From the NCBI GenBank assembly GCA_965262725.1, contig OZ253555.1, forward strand, positions 1,024,001 through 1,088,000: a DNA stretch of 64,000 bases. Direction: 5' to 3'. The DNA comes from Dehalococcoidia bacterium (GTDB lineage Bacteria > Chloroflexota > Dehalococcoidia > UBA2979). The translations under genes and the position numbers were made by a program. Below the pieces are notes generated by a model. That model ran no database searches. It was not told the DNA's origin and was given only the letters and a program-made list of their open reading frames with translations. The number at the start of each line of letters is the position of its first letter. The stretch's first letter is position 1. Of the stretch, positions 46,760-54,949 are shown piece after piece.

Positions 46760-47059
46760 ATGGACCCCATGAACCGCGACGAACTCCTCGCGACGCTCCG
46801 GGCGCACAGGGAAACGCTTGCCGAGCGGTTCGGCGTGACGAGCTTGGCGCTCTTCGGTTCGTACGCCCGCGGCCAGGCCATCGAGACAAGCGACGTCGAC
46901 ATCCTCGTCCGCTTCGACGGGCCGGCCACGTCGAAGTCGTACTTCGGCGTGCAGTTCTACCTTGAGGACCTCCTCGGCCGGCCAGTCGATCTCGTCACCG
47001 ACAAGGCGCTGCGCCCCTCGTTCCGCCCCTACGTGGAGCGCGAGGCCGTGGATGTCTGA
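46760..47059 (+). CDS. MNT antitoxin
   Basis: LFGSYARG....SDVDILV.F, LEDLLGRPVDLVT; TACAAT 6 nt upstream of the ATG. Confidence 0.92.
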   Translation: MDPMNRDELLATLRAHRETLAERFGVTSLALFGSYARGQAIETSDVDILVRFDGPATSKSYFGVQFYLEDLLGRPVDLVTDKALRPSFRPYVEREAVDV

Positions 47060-47417
47060 CCCGGACGAAGAATCCCGCGACTGGCGGCTTTACGTTCAGG
47101 ACATGATGGAGTTCGCGGAGCAGGCTGCCTCCTACGCGGAGGGGCTTGACCAGCGGGCGTTCACCGCCGACCGGCGCACGTACGACGCCACGCTGCGCAA
47201 CATCGAGCTCATCGGCGAAGCAGCGACGCATGTTCCCGAGCGGGTGCGTGAGGCGCACCCTCAGATCGAGTGGCGGCAGGTGATGGCAACCAGGAATCGT
47301 GTGGCTCACGCCTACATGGGCATCGACGACGACGTCATCTGGGACATCATCCAGACCGACCTCCCGGATCTCTTGGCCGCACTGAGGAAGCTCTTGGAGG
47401 AGGAGCAGCAGGCATGA
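47052..47417 (+). CDS. HEPN (DUF86/HepT-like) RNase toxin
   Basis: RNIELIGEAA, RNRVAHAY (Rx4HxY), IWDII. Confidence 0.92.
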   Translation: MSDPDEESRDWRLYVQDMMEFAEQAASYAEGLDQRAFTADRRTYDATLRNIELIGEAATHVPERVREAHPQIEWRQVMATRNRVAHAYMGIDDDVIWDIIQTDLPDLLAALRKLLEEEQQA

Positions 47418-50400
47418 CCTCCTCCGCCAAGCTGAACGAACTCAACCTCGCCGAGAACCCTGCGCGCGAGCTGCTGGAACGCCTCGGCTGGACCTACGTT
47501 CCCCGCGAGACGCTGGCGGGGGAGCGTGACGCCGAGCGCGACGTGCTCCTGTACCGGCGTCTCACGGCCGCGCTCATGCGCCTCAACGAGTGGATGACTG
47601 CGGACCAGGCGCAGCGCGTCATCTTCAACCTCCAGCACCTCGACGCCACCGGCCTCGCGCGCAACCAGGCCGTCCACGAATACCTCTCGTACGGCATGCC
47701 CCTCACCGTCGATCGTGGCGGCCGCCAGGAGACGCCCACCGTTCGCTTCTTCGACTTCGACCACCCCGAGCCCGGCGTCGGGCTGAACGAGTACGTCGTC
47801 ACCACGCAGTTCCGGGTGCGTCGCGGCAGCGAGCGCGGCGCCCGGCGCGCCAGCGAGGACGACGAGCGCGTCGTCAAGCCCGACCTCGCCCTGTTCGTGA
47901 ACGGCATCCCCCTCGTCGTCATGGAGGCGAAGTCGCCTACGCTGCTGGAGGTCTGGAAGACGCAGGCCGTCAGGCAGTTGCGTCGCTACCAGGAGGCCGG
48001 GCCGGAGTGGCATGGCGCCGGCGCCCCCGAGCTCTTCGACACGAACCTCATGTGCGTCGCCCACTGCGGCGCCGATGCCGCCTTCGGCTCGTTGGGCGCC
48101 CCCGAGAATGCCTACGCCGGTTGGAAGTCGATCGAGCCGTTCACTGAGCGGGAGTTCGAGCGCCGCCTCGGCACGCCGCCCGAGGGGCAGGCGCGTCTCA
48201 TCGCCGGCCTGCTCAATCCCCCCACGCTCCTCGACATCCTGCGCGACTACGTCGTCTTCGAGCACGAGCGCGGGCGGCTGGTGAAGAAGCTGCCGCGCTA
48301 CCAGCAGTACCGCGCCGTGCGCCACGGCATCAAGCGCATCCTGGAGGGCCGCACGCCGGAGGAGCGGGGCGGCGTCGTCTGGCACACGCAGGGCTCCGGG
48401 AAGTCGCTCACGATGCTCTGGCTGGCGACGAAGCTGCGCCGCTCACCCGCCCTCCGCAACCCCACGATCGTCGTCGTCACCGACCGCACCCAGCTCGACC
48501 AGCAGATCACGAGGACGTTCCAGCAGGCGGCGGTCGACGAGCCCGAGCGCGCGAACAGCGCGCGCCGCCTCCGCGAGCTGCTCCGCACGAACAACGGCCG
48601 CACGGTCATGACGACCATCCAGAAGTTCGAGGACGTGTTGAACGCCCCCGCCGGCCCGCTGGGCCACCTCAACGACGCTGACAACGTGGTCGTGATGGTC
48701 GACGAGGCGCATCGCACGCAGTACGGACGCCTCGCCGCGAAGATGCGTGCGGCCATGCCGCAAGCCACGTTCGTGGGCTTCACCGGCACGCCCATCGACA
48801 AGGACTTCAAGCGGACCACGCTCGGCGTCTTCGGCGAGCTGATCGACTCGTATACCATCCCGCAGTCGGTCGAGGACGGCGCCACCGTGCCCATCTACTA
48901 CGAGGCGCGCCTCCCCGAGCTGCACGTTGAGGGCCCGGAGACGCTCGACCGCCTCTTCGAGGCGCTTTTCGGCGACGAGGCGGAGGAGACGCGCGGCGAG
49001 ATCCGCCGCCGCTACGCAAACAAGGAGCGCATCGCGGAGGCGGCCAAGCGCATCGAGGCGATCGCCCTGGACATCTCTGAGCACTTCAGAAAGAAGGTCC
49101 AGCCGAACGGCTTCAAGGCACAGGTCGTGGTGCCAAGCCGCGCCGCCGCCATGCGCTACGCGCAGCACCTGAACGCCTTCGGGCTCCCGGCCTACCCGGT
49201 CATCACTACGTCCCACAACGACGGCCCGGAGTTCGACGCAGCCCGCGAACTGAACCAGGACAAGATCGTCGGGGACTTCATTGACCCGGACGGCGAGCCG
49301 CAGGTGCTGGTCGTGGTCGACAAGCTGATCACGGGCTTCGACGCGCCCGTCGAGCAGGTCCTCTACCTCGACCGGTCCATCCGGGAGCACACGCTCCTGC
49401 AGGCCATCGCCCGCGTGAACCGCCGCTTCTCGCACACGAAGAACGGCGCCCCGACGGAGAAGCAGTACGGCCTCGTGGTCGACTACCACGGCGTCTCGCG
49501 GGAGCTCGAGAGTGCGCTCGCCGTCTTCGACTCCGGCGACCTCCAGCAGGCCCTCACGGAGCTGGAGGACCCCGCCCCCGTCATCCAGGCCGCCGCCGAC
49601 AAGGCCGAGGCACACTTCCGCGGGCTCGACCTCGACGACCCGTGGGCGTGTGTCCACCACTTTGACGCCGACGCCACGACCGAGGGCGACTACAGGGCCG
49701 ACGTCTACGAGCGGTTCGACCGTGACTACGGCGACTTCTCCACGCTGATGGACCGCTTCCTCCCGGACCCGGCAGCACTCGGCTACCTAGACCGCCTGCG
49801 CAGGCTGACGGTCATCCGCTCGTACGCGCGCGCCCAGTTCCTGCGGGAGCGTGCCGACATCGACTGGACTGCCATCGGGGCGAAGGTCAAGCAGTTGCTC
49901 GACTCGCGCATCGACGCAAGCGTCCGCGAACTCATGGCGCCCGTCTCCATCCTCGACCAGGACTTCGAGCAGAAGATCGAGCGCCTCCCGCACGACGAGG
50001 CTCGTGCCTCGCTGATGGAGCACGCACTGCGGTCGCAGATCAAGGAGCGGCTCGAGGAGAACCCTGTGTTCTACGAGCGGCTCTCCGAGGCCCTCGAGCG
50101 CATCATCCGCGAGTTGCGCGCCAGGTTGATCGACGCCGCCGAGGGCTGCAAGCAGATGGCAGCGCTGCGGGAGCAGATCACGCGGGAGGAGGCCATCGCC
50201 GCCGAGCACGGCCTGACCCCGGTGTCGTTCGCGGTCTACGGGCTACTGGCTGGCAAGGGCGACGAGGCAAGCGGCCTCACCGATGGCTTTCGCGAAGCGG
50301 CCGAAGAAATCGCCCCCTACGACGCCGAGTTCGACGGCGGACTGAAGGACGTGGCCCTCGACATCGAGGGCGTCATCCAGGAGCACCGCTCCATCATCGA

Positions 50401-50542
50401 CTGGCGAGAGAACCTCGACGTCCAGCGGGAGATGCGGCGGGACATCAAGCGGCTCCTCCGCAGTGCTGGCCGCTATGGCGAGGACGAACTCGACGAATTC
50501 GTCCGCCAGGTCATGGAGGTCGCCAGGCGGAGGCTCGCATGA
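47414..50542 (+). CDS. hsdR: type I R-M restriction subunit
   Basis: PDLALFVNGIPL..MEAK, HTQGSGKS, DEAHR, FTGTP, TGFDAP, QAIARVNR. Confidence 0.96.
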   Translation: MTSSAKLNELNLAENPARELLERLGWTYVPRETLAGERDAERDVLLYRRLTAALMRLNEWMTADQAQRVIFNLQHLDATGLARNQAVHEYLSYGMPLTVDRGGRQETPTVRFFDFDHPEPGVGLNEYVVTTQFRVRRGSERGARRASEDDERVVKPDLALFVNGIPLVVMEAKSPTLLEVWKTQAVRQLRRYQEAGPEWHGAGAPELFDTNLMCVAHCGADAAFGSLGAPENAYAGWKSIEPFTEREFERRLGTPPEGQARLIAGLLNPPTLLDILRDYVVFEHERGRLVKKLPRYQQYRAVRHGIKRILEGRTPEERGGVVWHTQGSGKSLTMLWLATKLRRSPALRNPTIVVVTDRTQLDQQITRTFQQAAVDEPERANSARRLRELLRTNNGRTVMTTIQKFEDVLNAPAGPLGHLNDADNVVVMVDEAHRTQYGRLAAKMRAAMPQATFVGFTGTPIDKDFKRTTLGVFGELIDSYTIPQSVEDGATVPIYYEARLPELHVEGPETLDRLFEALFGDEAEETRGEIRRRYANKERIAEAAKRIEAIALDISEHFRKKVQPNGFKAQVVVPSRAAAMRYAQHLNAFGLPAYPVITTSHNDGPEFDAARELNQDKIVGDFIDPDGEPQVLVVVDKLITGFDAPVEQVLYLDRSIREHTLLQAIARVNRRFSHTKNGAPTEKQYGLVVDYHGVSRELESALAVFDSGDLQQALTELEDPAPVIQAAADKAEAHFRGLDLDDPWACVHHFDADATTEGDYRADVYERFDRDYGDFSTLMDRFLPDPAALGYLDRLRRLTVIRSYARAQFLRERADIDWTAIGAKVKQLLDSRIDASVRELMAPVSILDQDFEQKIERLPHDEARASLMEHALRSQIKERLEENPVFYERLSEALERIIRELRARLIDAAEGCKQMAALREQITREEAIAAEHGLTPVSFAVYGLLAGKGDEASGLTDGFREAAEEIAPYDAEFDGGLKDVALDIEGVIQEHRSIIDWRENLDVQREMRRDIKRLLRSAGRYGEDELDEFVRQVMEVARRRLA

Positions 50543-51267
50543 CCGAGCGCGGTGAGGTCAGCTTCGGCGACACTCGAATCAAGTACAAGGTTGTCCGCAG
50601 CCCGAAGCGGCACAAGACGATCGAGGTGACTGTCGACGAGCCCGGTCTGGTCACCGTGGCGGCGCCCGTCCATGTCCCGCCGAAGCAGTTGGAAGCGACA
50701 GTCCGCCGACGCGCTGGTTGGATTATCCGACATGACGGCGCCGCCTCCGCGGCGCTACCGCCCCGTCGGTTCGTGAGCGGCGAGTCGCTCCCCTACCTCG
50801 GGCGCTCCGTTCGTCTCACCGTCCACCCCACCGACGATGCTGGGGTCAGGATCAGGTTTCACCACTGGCAGTTCGACGTAGATGTCCCGCGCTCACTCCA
50901 CGGCGACGAGCGTCTGGAGAAGGTACGTGCCGCCTTCGAGGCGTGGTACCGCGAGCGAGCAGCGACGAAGCTGGCTCCACGGGTCGACCGGGTCGCGAGC
51001 CTCCTCGGTGTCCAACCGAAGGAGGTGCTCATCCGGAACCAGCGCCGCCGCTGGGCTAGCTGCGCCGCGGATGGGACGCTTCGCTTCAACTGGCGCGCCA
51101 TCATGGCCCCACCCGCCCTCCTCGACTACGTTGTCGCCCACGAACTGGCGCACCTAAGGGTCCGCAGCCATACGCCCCAATACTGGGCCGTCGTCGCCCA
51201 GGCAGTGCCGGACTATCGGCTGCGTCGTGAACGCCTCCGGGAGATCGGACCCCTCCTCAGCATCTGA
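50539..51267 (+). CDS. M48/YgjP-like (DUF45) metal-dependent hydrolase
   Basis: RWASC, DYVVAHELAH...H...YW; usual position after hsdR. Confidence 0.9.
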   Translation: MTERGEVSFGDTRIKYKVVRSPKRHKTIEVTVDEPGLVTVAAPVHVPPKQLEATVRRRAGWIIRHDGAASAALPPRRFVSGESLPYLGRSVRLTVHPTDDAGVRIRFHHWQFDVDVPRSLHGDERLEKVRAAFEAWYRERAATKLAPRVDRVASLLGVQPKEVLIRNQRRRWASCAADGTLRFNWRAIMAPPALLDYVVAHELAHLRVRSHTPQYWAVVAQAVPDYRLRRERLREIGPLLSI

Positions 51268-51269
51268 GC

Positions 51270-51620
51270 TGCTCACGTACGTGGGAATGGATGTGCACGC
51301 GCGCACGATCCGGGTGGCGGTGCTCGGGCCCGGCGGTGGGTAGCGCGAGGAGTGGGGGCTCGCGAACGAGCCGAGGGCGGTGGCCAGCCTCACCAGGCGG
51401 CTCCTGCCGCCCCGGCGCTGATTCCGCGCAAGCCCGGCGACCGGGTGAAGACCGATTGCCGCGCCGCGCGGAACCTGGCGGAGCTGCTGCGGGCGGGGCT
51501 TCTCACCGAGGTCCATGCTCCGACGCCCGACCAGGAGGCGGTGCGCGACCCCTTCCCGGGCGCGCGAGGACGCGGTGGCCGACCGCAAGCGGGCGCAGCA
51601 TCGGCTCTCGAAGCTACGTG
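51270..51620 (+). pseudogene. IS110-family transposase relic
   Basis: YVGMDVH...IRVAVL and [24 protein letters not shown]....EAVRD in broken frames. Confidence 0.8.
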
Positions 51621-51679
51621 ACGGTCGTGCGGAAGCGGACCTGCGCTCGTCGTCATCCCGCCCCTCGGAGGCCACGCGT

Positions 51680-51981
51680 TGCCGTCGGCCCCATGCATCT
51701 GGCGCAGGGCCTTGAGTTCCGCGCCGCCGTCGTCGCCGCCTGCGATGACGATGTGATCCTGACCTGACCTCCTGAAACGGGACCGCTCCAGACGAGAGTC
51801 GAGGCCATCGCCGACGGCGCGGAACTCGAGGATGTCTACGAGACGGAACACCACCTCCTCTACGTGGCGTGTACCCGGGCCCGCGATCACCTCCTCGTCA
51901 CGGGAGTCGCACCCGGTTCTGAGCTTCTGGATGACCTGCGGGCGCAGCGGATTGCGGGCACATCAAGCTCACCTCCGGCCT
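51680..51981 (+). pseudogene. UvrD-like helicase C-terminal relic
   Basis: MHLAQGLEFRA.VV.ACD..V and E..LLYVACTRARD.LLVTG, interrupted by a stop/frameshift. Confidence 0.8.
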
Positions 51982-52087
51982 GAGCACACTCCGGGAAATC
52001 GCCTGGGTGCGGCCGGCCTGATCGCGGATCTCTGCTGGGTACCTGGCTCGTCGTGTTGCCGCCTCAATCCTTGATCGAGCGAGCGCA

Positions 52088-52165
52088 GGAACAATTCTGG
52101 ACCTCTTGGAACAAATCCGGAACAAATCCGGAACGTTTGGAACTCTCATGGAACGCAGCCGGAAC
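52088..52165 (+). repeat. phased array of 8 GGA(A/C)C units, spacing 11-9-11-11-9-11-11
   Basis: Units start at 52,088/52,099/52,108/52,119/52,130/52,139/52,150/52,161. Confidence 0.85.
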
Positions 52166-52250
52166 TTTCTGTGAACGCCTGATCGCATGCTAGCCCCTGC
52201 ATTGCCGCACTCCGCCCATCGAGGCGGGCGCTCGGCGATGCGGAAGGGGC

Positions 52251-52892
52251 TTGCCCGTGCGGGATCCGCTGCTCGCCGTCGCCGTTGCGCTCGTCTGCCG
52301 GCTGCTGATCGCCGCGCCTGCCCGAGCGGAGCAGCCCGCGGATCCGCTCGCGGCCCTCGCCCGGGCCGGCGCGCCGCTGGTCGCTGCAGTGCTGCCGACG
52401 TCCGCCGGCCCCACGCCACCGGCGAGGCCGATGGCGGCCTCCGCGACGGCCCCGTTCGCACCAGAGCCCGGAACCGCACCCGCGATCGGCATTCTCGGGA
52501 CCCCGAACCCCGTCGACGCACTCGGCGGACTCGACGCACGTGGGCGGGCGGCCGCGTTCCTCGACGGCGTCGTGAGCGTGCTCAGGCGGGAGCTGCCCGG
52601 GGCGATGCGCGGCTGCATCGACGGGGCGCTCGGCTTCGGCGCCTCGTCGCGCAGCTTCGTCAAGCACGCGCCGGCTGAGGGCTCCTACGAGAGCTCGACG
52701 GGGCGATCGCTCCGGGACTTCTCGCGCGTGATCGCCAACGCCGGCCTCGCGCTCGTGGTGATGTGGGGCGGCCTCAGGCAACACATCGGCAGCCTCTGCC
52801 ACGGGGAGCCGCTCCCCCGCGTCCTCGCGGCACTCGCCGTGAACCTCACGCTCGAACCTGCGGAGGGAGGGAGGCCGCGATGGTGGGAGTAG
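52251..52892 (+). pseudogene. probable collapsed VirB6/TrbL-like conjugation gene with a signal-peptide-like N-terminus
   Basis: Hydrophobic N-terminus ending ARA; RVIANAGLALVVMWGG...LPR.L..LAVN.TL resembles TrbL-like membrane proteins but the ORF is far shorter. Confidence 0.4.
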
Positions 52893-54538
52893 TGCGCGGG
52901 CGCCGGCGCGAGACAGGCTCGGGGTGGCGTGAGGACGCGCGTGGGACGCTGGGCCCGCTCGCGCTGCTGCTCGCCGGGGTGGCACTGGGAGTCGTGCTGT
53001 GGAGACTCGACGGCGGGCCCCCGGCGCCGAGCGGGGCGCATATCCGGGAGGTGCTGTCCGGCACGGGACTCGCTGCCTCCGACGTGATCGCTGCCGCCAT
53101 CGCCATCGCCTCGCTCGTCGTCGGCTGCGTCGCGCTCCGTGTCGCGCTGAGCCTGATTGCCGGGGACGGCGTCACGGCCGACCGCGCGGACCCCGGCGAC
53201 GGAGACGGAGGCGGCGCCGTCGCGCCGGCCATCGGCCCGGAACGCCCGCGCCGTGTCGAAGTGGTGGCGGTCCGGCGCGACGCCCCTGCGCGCCGGGCGT
53301 CCGGAAGCGACGGCCCGAGACTCGCCCCGCCGGCGTGGTCGCCTGATGGCGCGCTGGCACCTGCCGGCGTCACCGTTGGTGGTAGATCCGACCGGGCGGC
53401 AACGGGGATGACGGGCGACCGTGCCTTCGATATCGAGGGACCGACGGAGGAGATCGCGGTCCCCGGCCCTGCGGGCGGCGGAGACGTTGCCGGCCGCCAG
53501 CCGGCGCCCGCCGGGCGCGACGCAGCGGTGAATGCTCCCGACGAGCCAGGCAGCGCAGGCGCACCTGCCAGGACGCCCGGCGAACCCACCGGGATCCGCG
53601 CCGCCGGAGACTCCAGGGCGGCCGGGAGCGCGGTTCCCCGAGTTCCTCCGGGAGCGACTCAGTTCCCGGCTGGCACCGAGCGAACCACCCCGGAGGCGAC
53701 CAGGCAGGCCTCGTTCTTCACCGGGGAACCCCAGGGTGATCCAACGGACACGGCTCAGACAACCGAACCGCCCTTCCACGTCCAGTGTCTTGGCCCGTTC
53801 CGGGTCCGCGCGCGCGGCGTGGCTGTTGACCGGTGGCCGCTCAGGAAGTCCCGCGAACTGCTGGCGTTCCTCGTCGCGCACCACCCCGTCGCCGTCCGCC
53901 GCGAGGTCATCGCCGAAGCGCTGTGGGAGGGCTACGACTGGGACGCGAGCCTGAGACACACGCTGTCGAACGCAGCCACCACACTGCGGACCACGTTGCG
54001 GACCGCCGCCGTCGCCGCCCCCGATGAGCTGCAACCGCTCGTCGCGGCACGCCGGCAGCTCCAGCTCCCGCCCGCTCTCTTCGCGGTGGACGTCGATGCG
54101 TTCGACGCGGCGCTGCGACATGCAGCCGGTCTCCCGGATCCGGAAGCACTCGGCGAGTACGAGCGCGCGCTCGGTCTCTACGCGGGGGAGTTCCTCGAGG
54201 GGGAGGGCTTCACATGGCTGGACTCCCACCGCATCAAACACCGCCAACGGCTGTGGGACGCCGCACGTACCGCCGCCGCTATCGCCGAGCGCATGGGCGA
54301 TCCCGCGCGCGCCGAGCCGCTCCACCGCACGGTCCTCAAGCAGGAGCCGACCGATGAGGACGCCGCACGCCGCCTGATGCAGTGCCTCGCGCGCTCAGGT
54401 GACGTGGCGGGGGTCCGGGAGACGTTCACGGCGCTGACCGAGGCCTGGGTGCGTGAACTGGATGACGACACAGCTCGGCCGTCGCCGCCGACGCTGGCGC
54501 TGTTCACGGAGCTGGTGGGGGCTACGGCACATGGCTGA
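52880..54538 (+). CDS. membrane-anchored SARP/BTAD transcriptional activator
   Basis: Two TMs, Pro/Ala linker, wHTH (CLGPFRV...RELLAFL...EALW), BTAD (VDVDAF, LY.GEFL, EPTDE...LM.CL...GD); GGAGG RBS. Confidence 0.85.
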   Translation: MVGVVRGRRRETGSGWREDARGTLGPLALLLAGVALGVVLWRLDGGPPAPSGAHIREVLSGTGLAASDVIAAAIAIASLVVGCVALRVALSLIAGDGVTADRADPGDGDGGGAVAPAIGPERPRRVEVVAVRRDAPARRASGSDGPRLAPPAWSPDGALAPAGVTVGGRSDRAATGMTGDRAFDIEGPTEEIAVPGPAGGGDVAGRQPAPAGRDAAVNAPDEPGSAGAPARTPGEPTGIRAAGDSRAAGSAVPRVPPGATQFPAGTERTTPEATRQASFFTGEPQGDPTDTAQTTEPPFHVQCLGPFRVRARGVAVDRWPLRKSRELLAFLVAHHPVAVRREVIAEALWEGYDWDASLRHTLSNAATTLRTTLRTAAVAAPDELQPLVAARRQLQLPPALFAVDVDAFDAALRHAAGLPDPEALGEYERALGLYAGEFLEGEGFTWLDSHRIKHRQRLWDAARTAAAIAERMGDPARAEPLHRTVLKQEPTDEDAARRLMQCLARSGDVAGVRETFTALTEAWVRELDDDTARPSPPTLALFTELVGATAHG

Positions 54539-54634
54539 GGCTGTCGCACGGAGGGGCGTGGGCGGAGTGCCAGACGAAGATGCTGCCTCTGCAGGCGCCC
54601 CGTCACCGGCGGATTCTCGAGACCACGCCGATTC

Positions 54635-54693
54635 TGGACCAAATTTGGACCAACGGTGGACCGTTTGGACCGATTTTGGTGCTCGTTTGGACT
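54635..54693 (+). repeat. phased TGGACC array, spacing 11-11-9-11-11
   Basis: Units at 54,635/54,646/54,657/54,666/54,677 (degenerate)/54,688 (degenerate). Confidence 0.85.
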
Positions 54694-54781
54694 TCCGCGT
54701 GACCACCGGATCGCAAGCTGGCCCTGCATCACCGCACACCGCCAACGGGCGAGCGCGCGGCGATGCGGAAAGGAGCTGGTC

Positions 54782-54949
54782 ATGCGCGGTCCGCTGCTCG
54801 CCGTCACTGGTGCGCTTGCCCGTTGGCTGGCGCCTGCCGCGCCTGCCCGCGCGCAGCAGGCACGGGATCCGCTTGCGGCGCTTGCCGTGGCCGGTGCGCC
54901 AATCAGTCCCGCTGACGTGGCTATGGACGTGACGGAGGTGCATCCATGA
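54782..54949 (+). CDS. small ORF with signal-peptide-like sequence, paralogous to the N-terminus of ORF 52,251
   Basis: AAAGGAG RBS; MRGPLLAV...APARAQQARDPLAALA; ATGA overlap with the next gene. Confidence 0.55.
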   Translation: MRGPLLAVTGALARWLAPAAPARAQQARDPLAALAVAGAPISPADVAMDVTEVHP

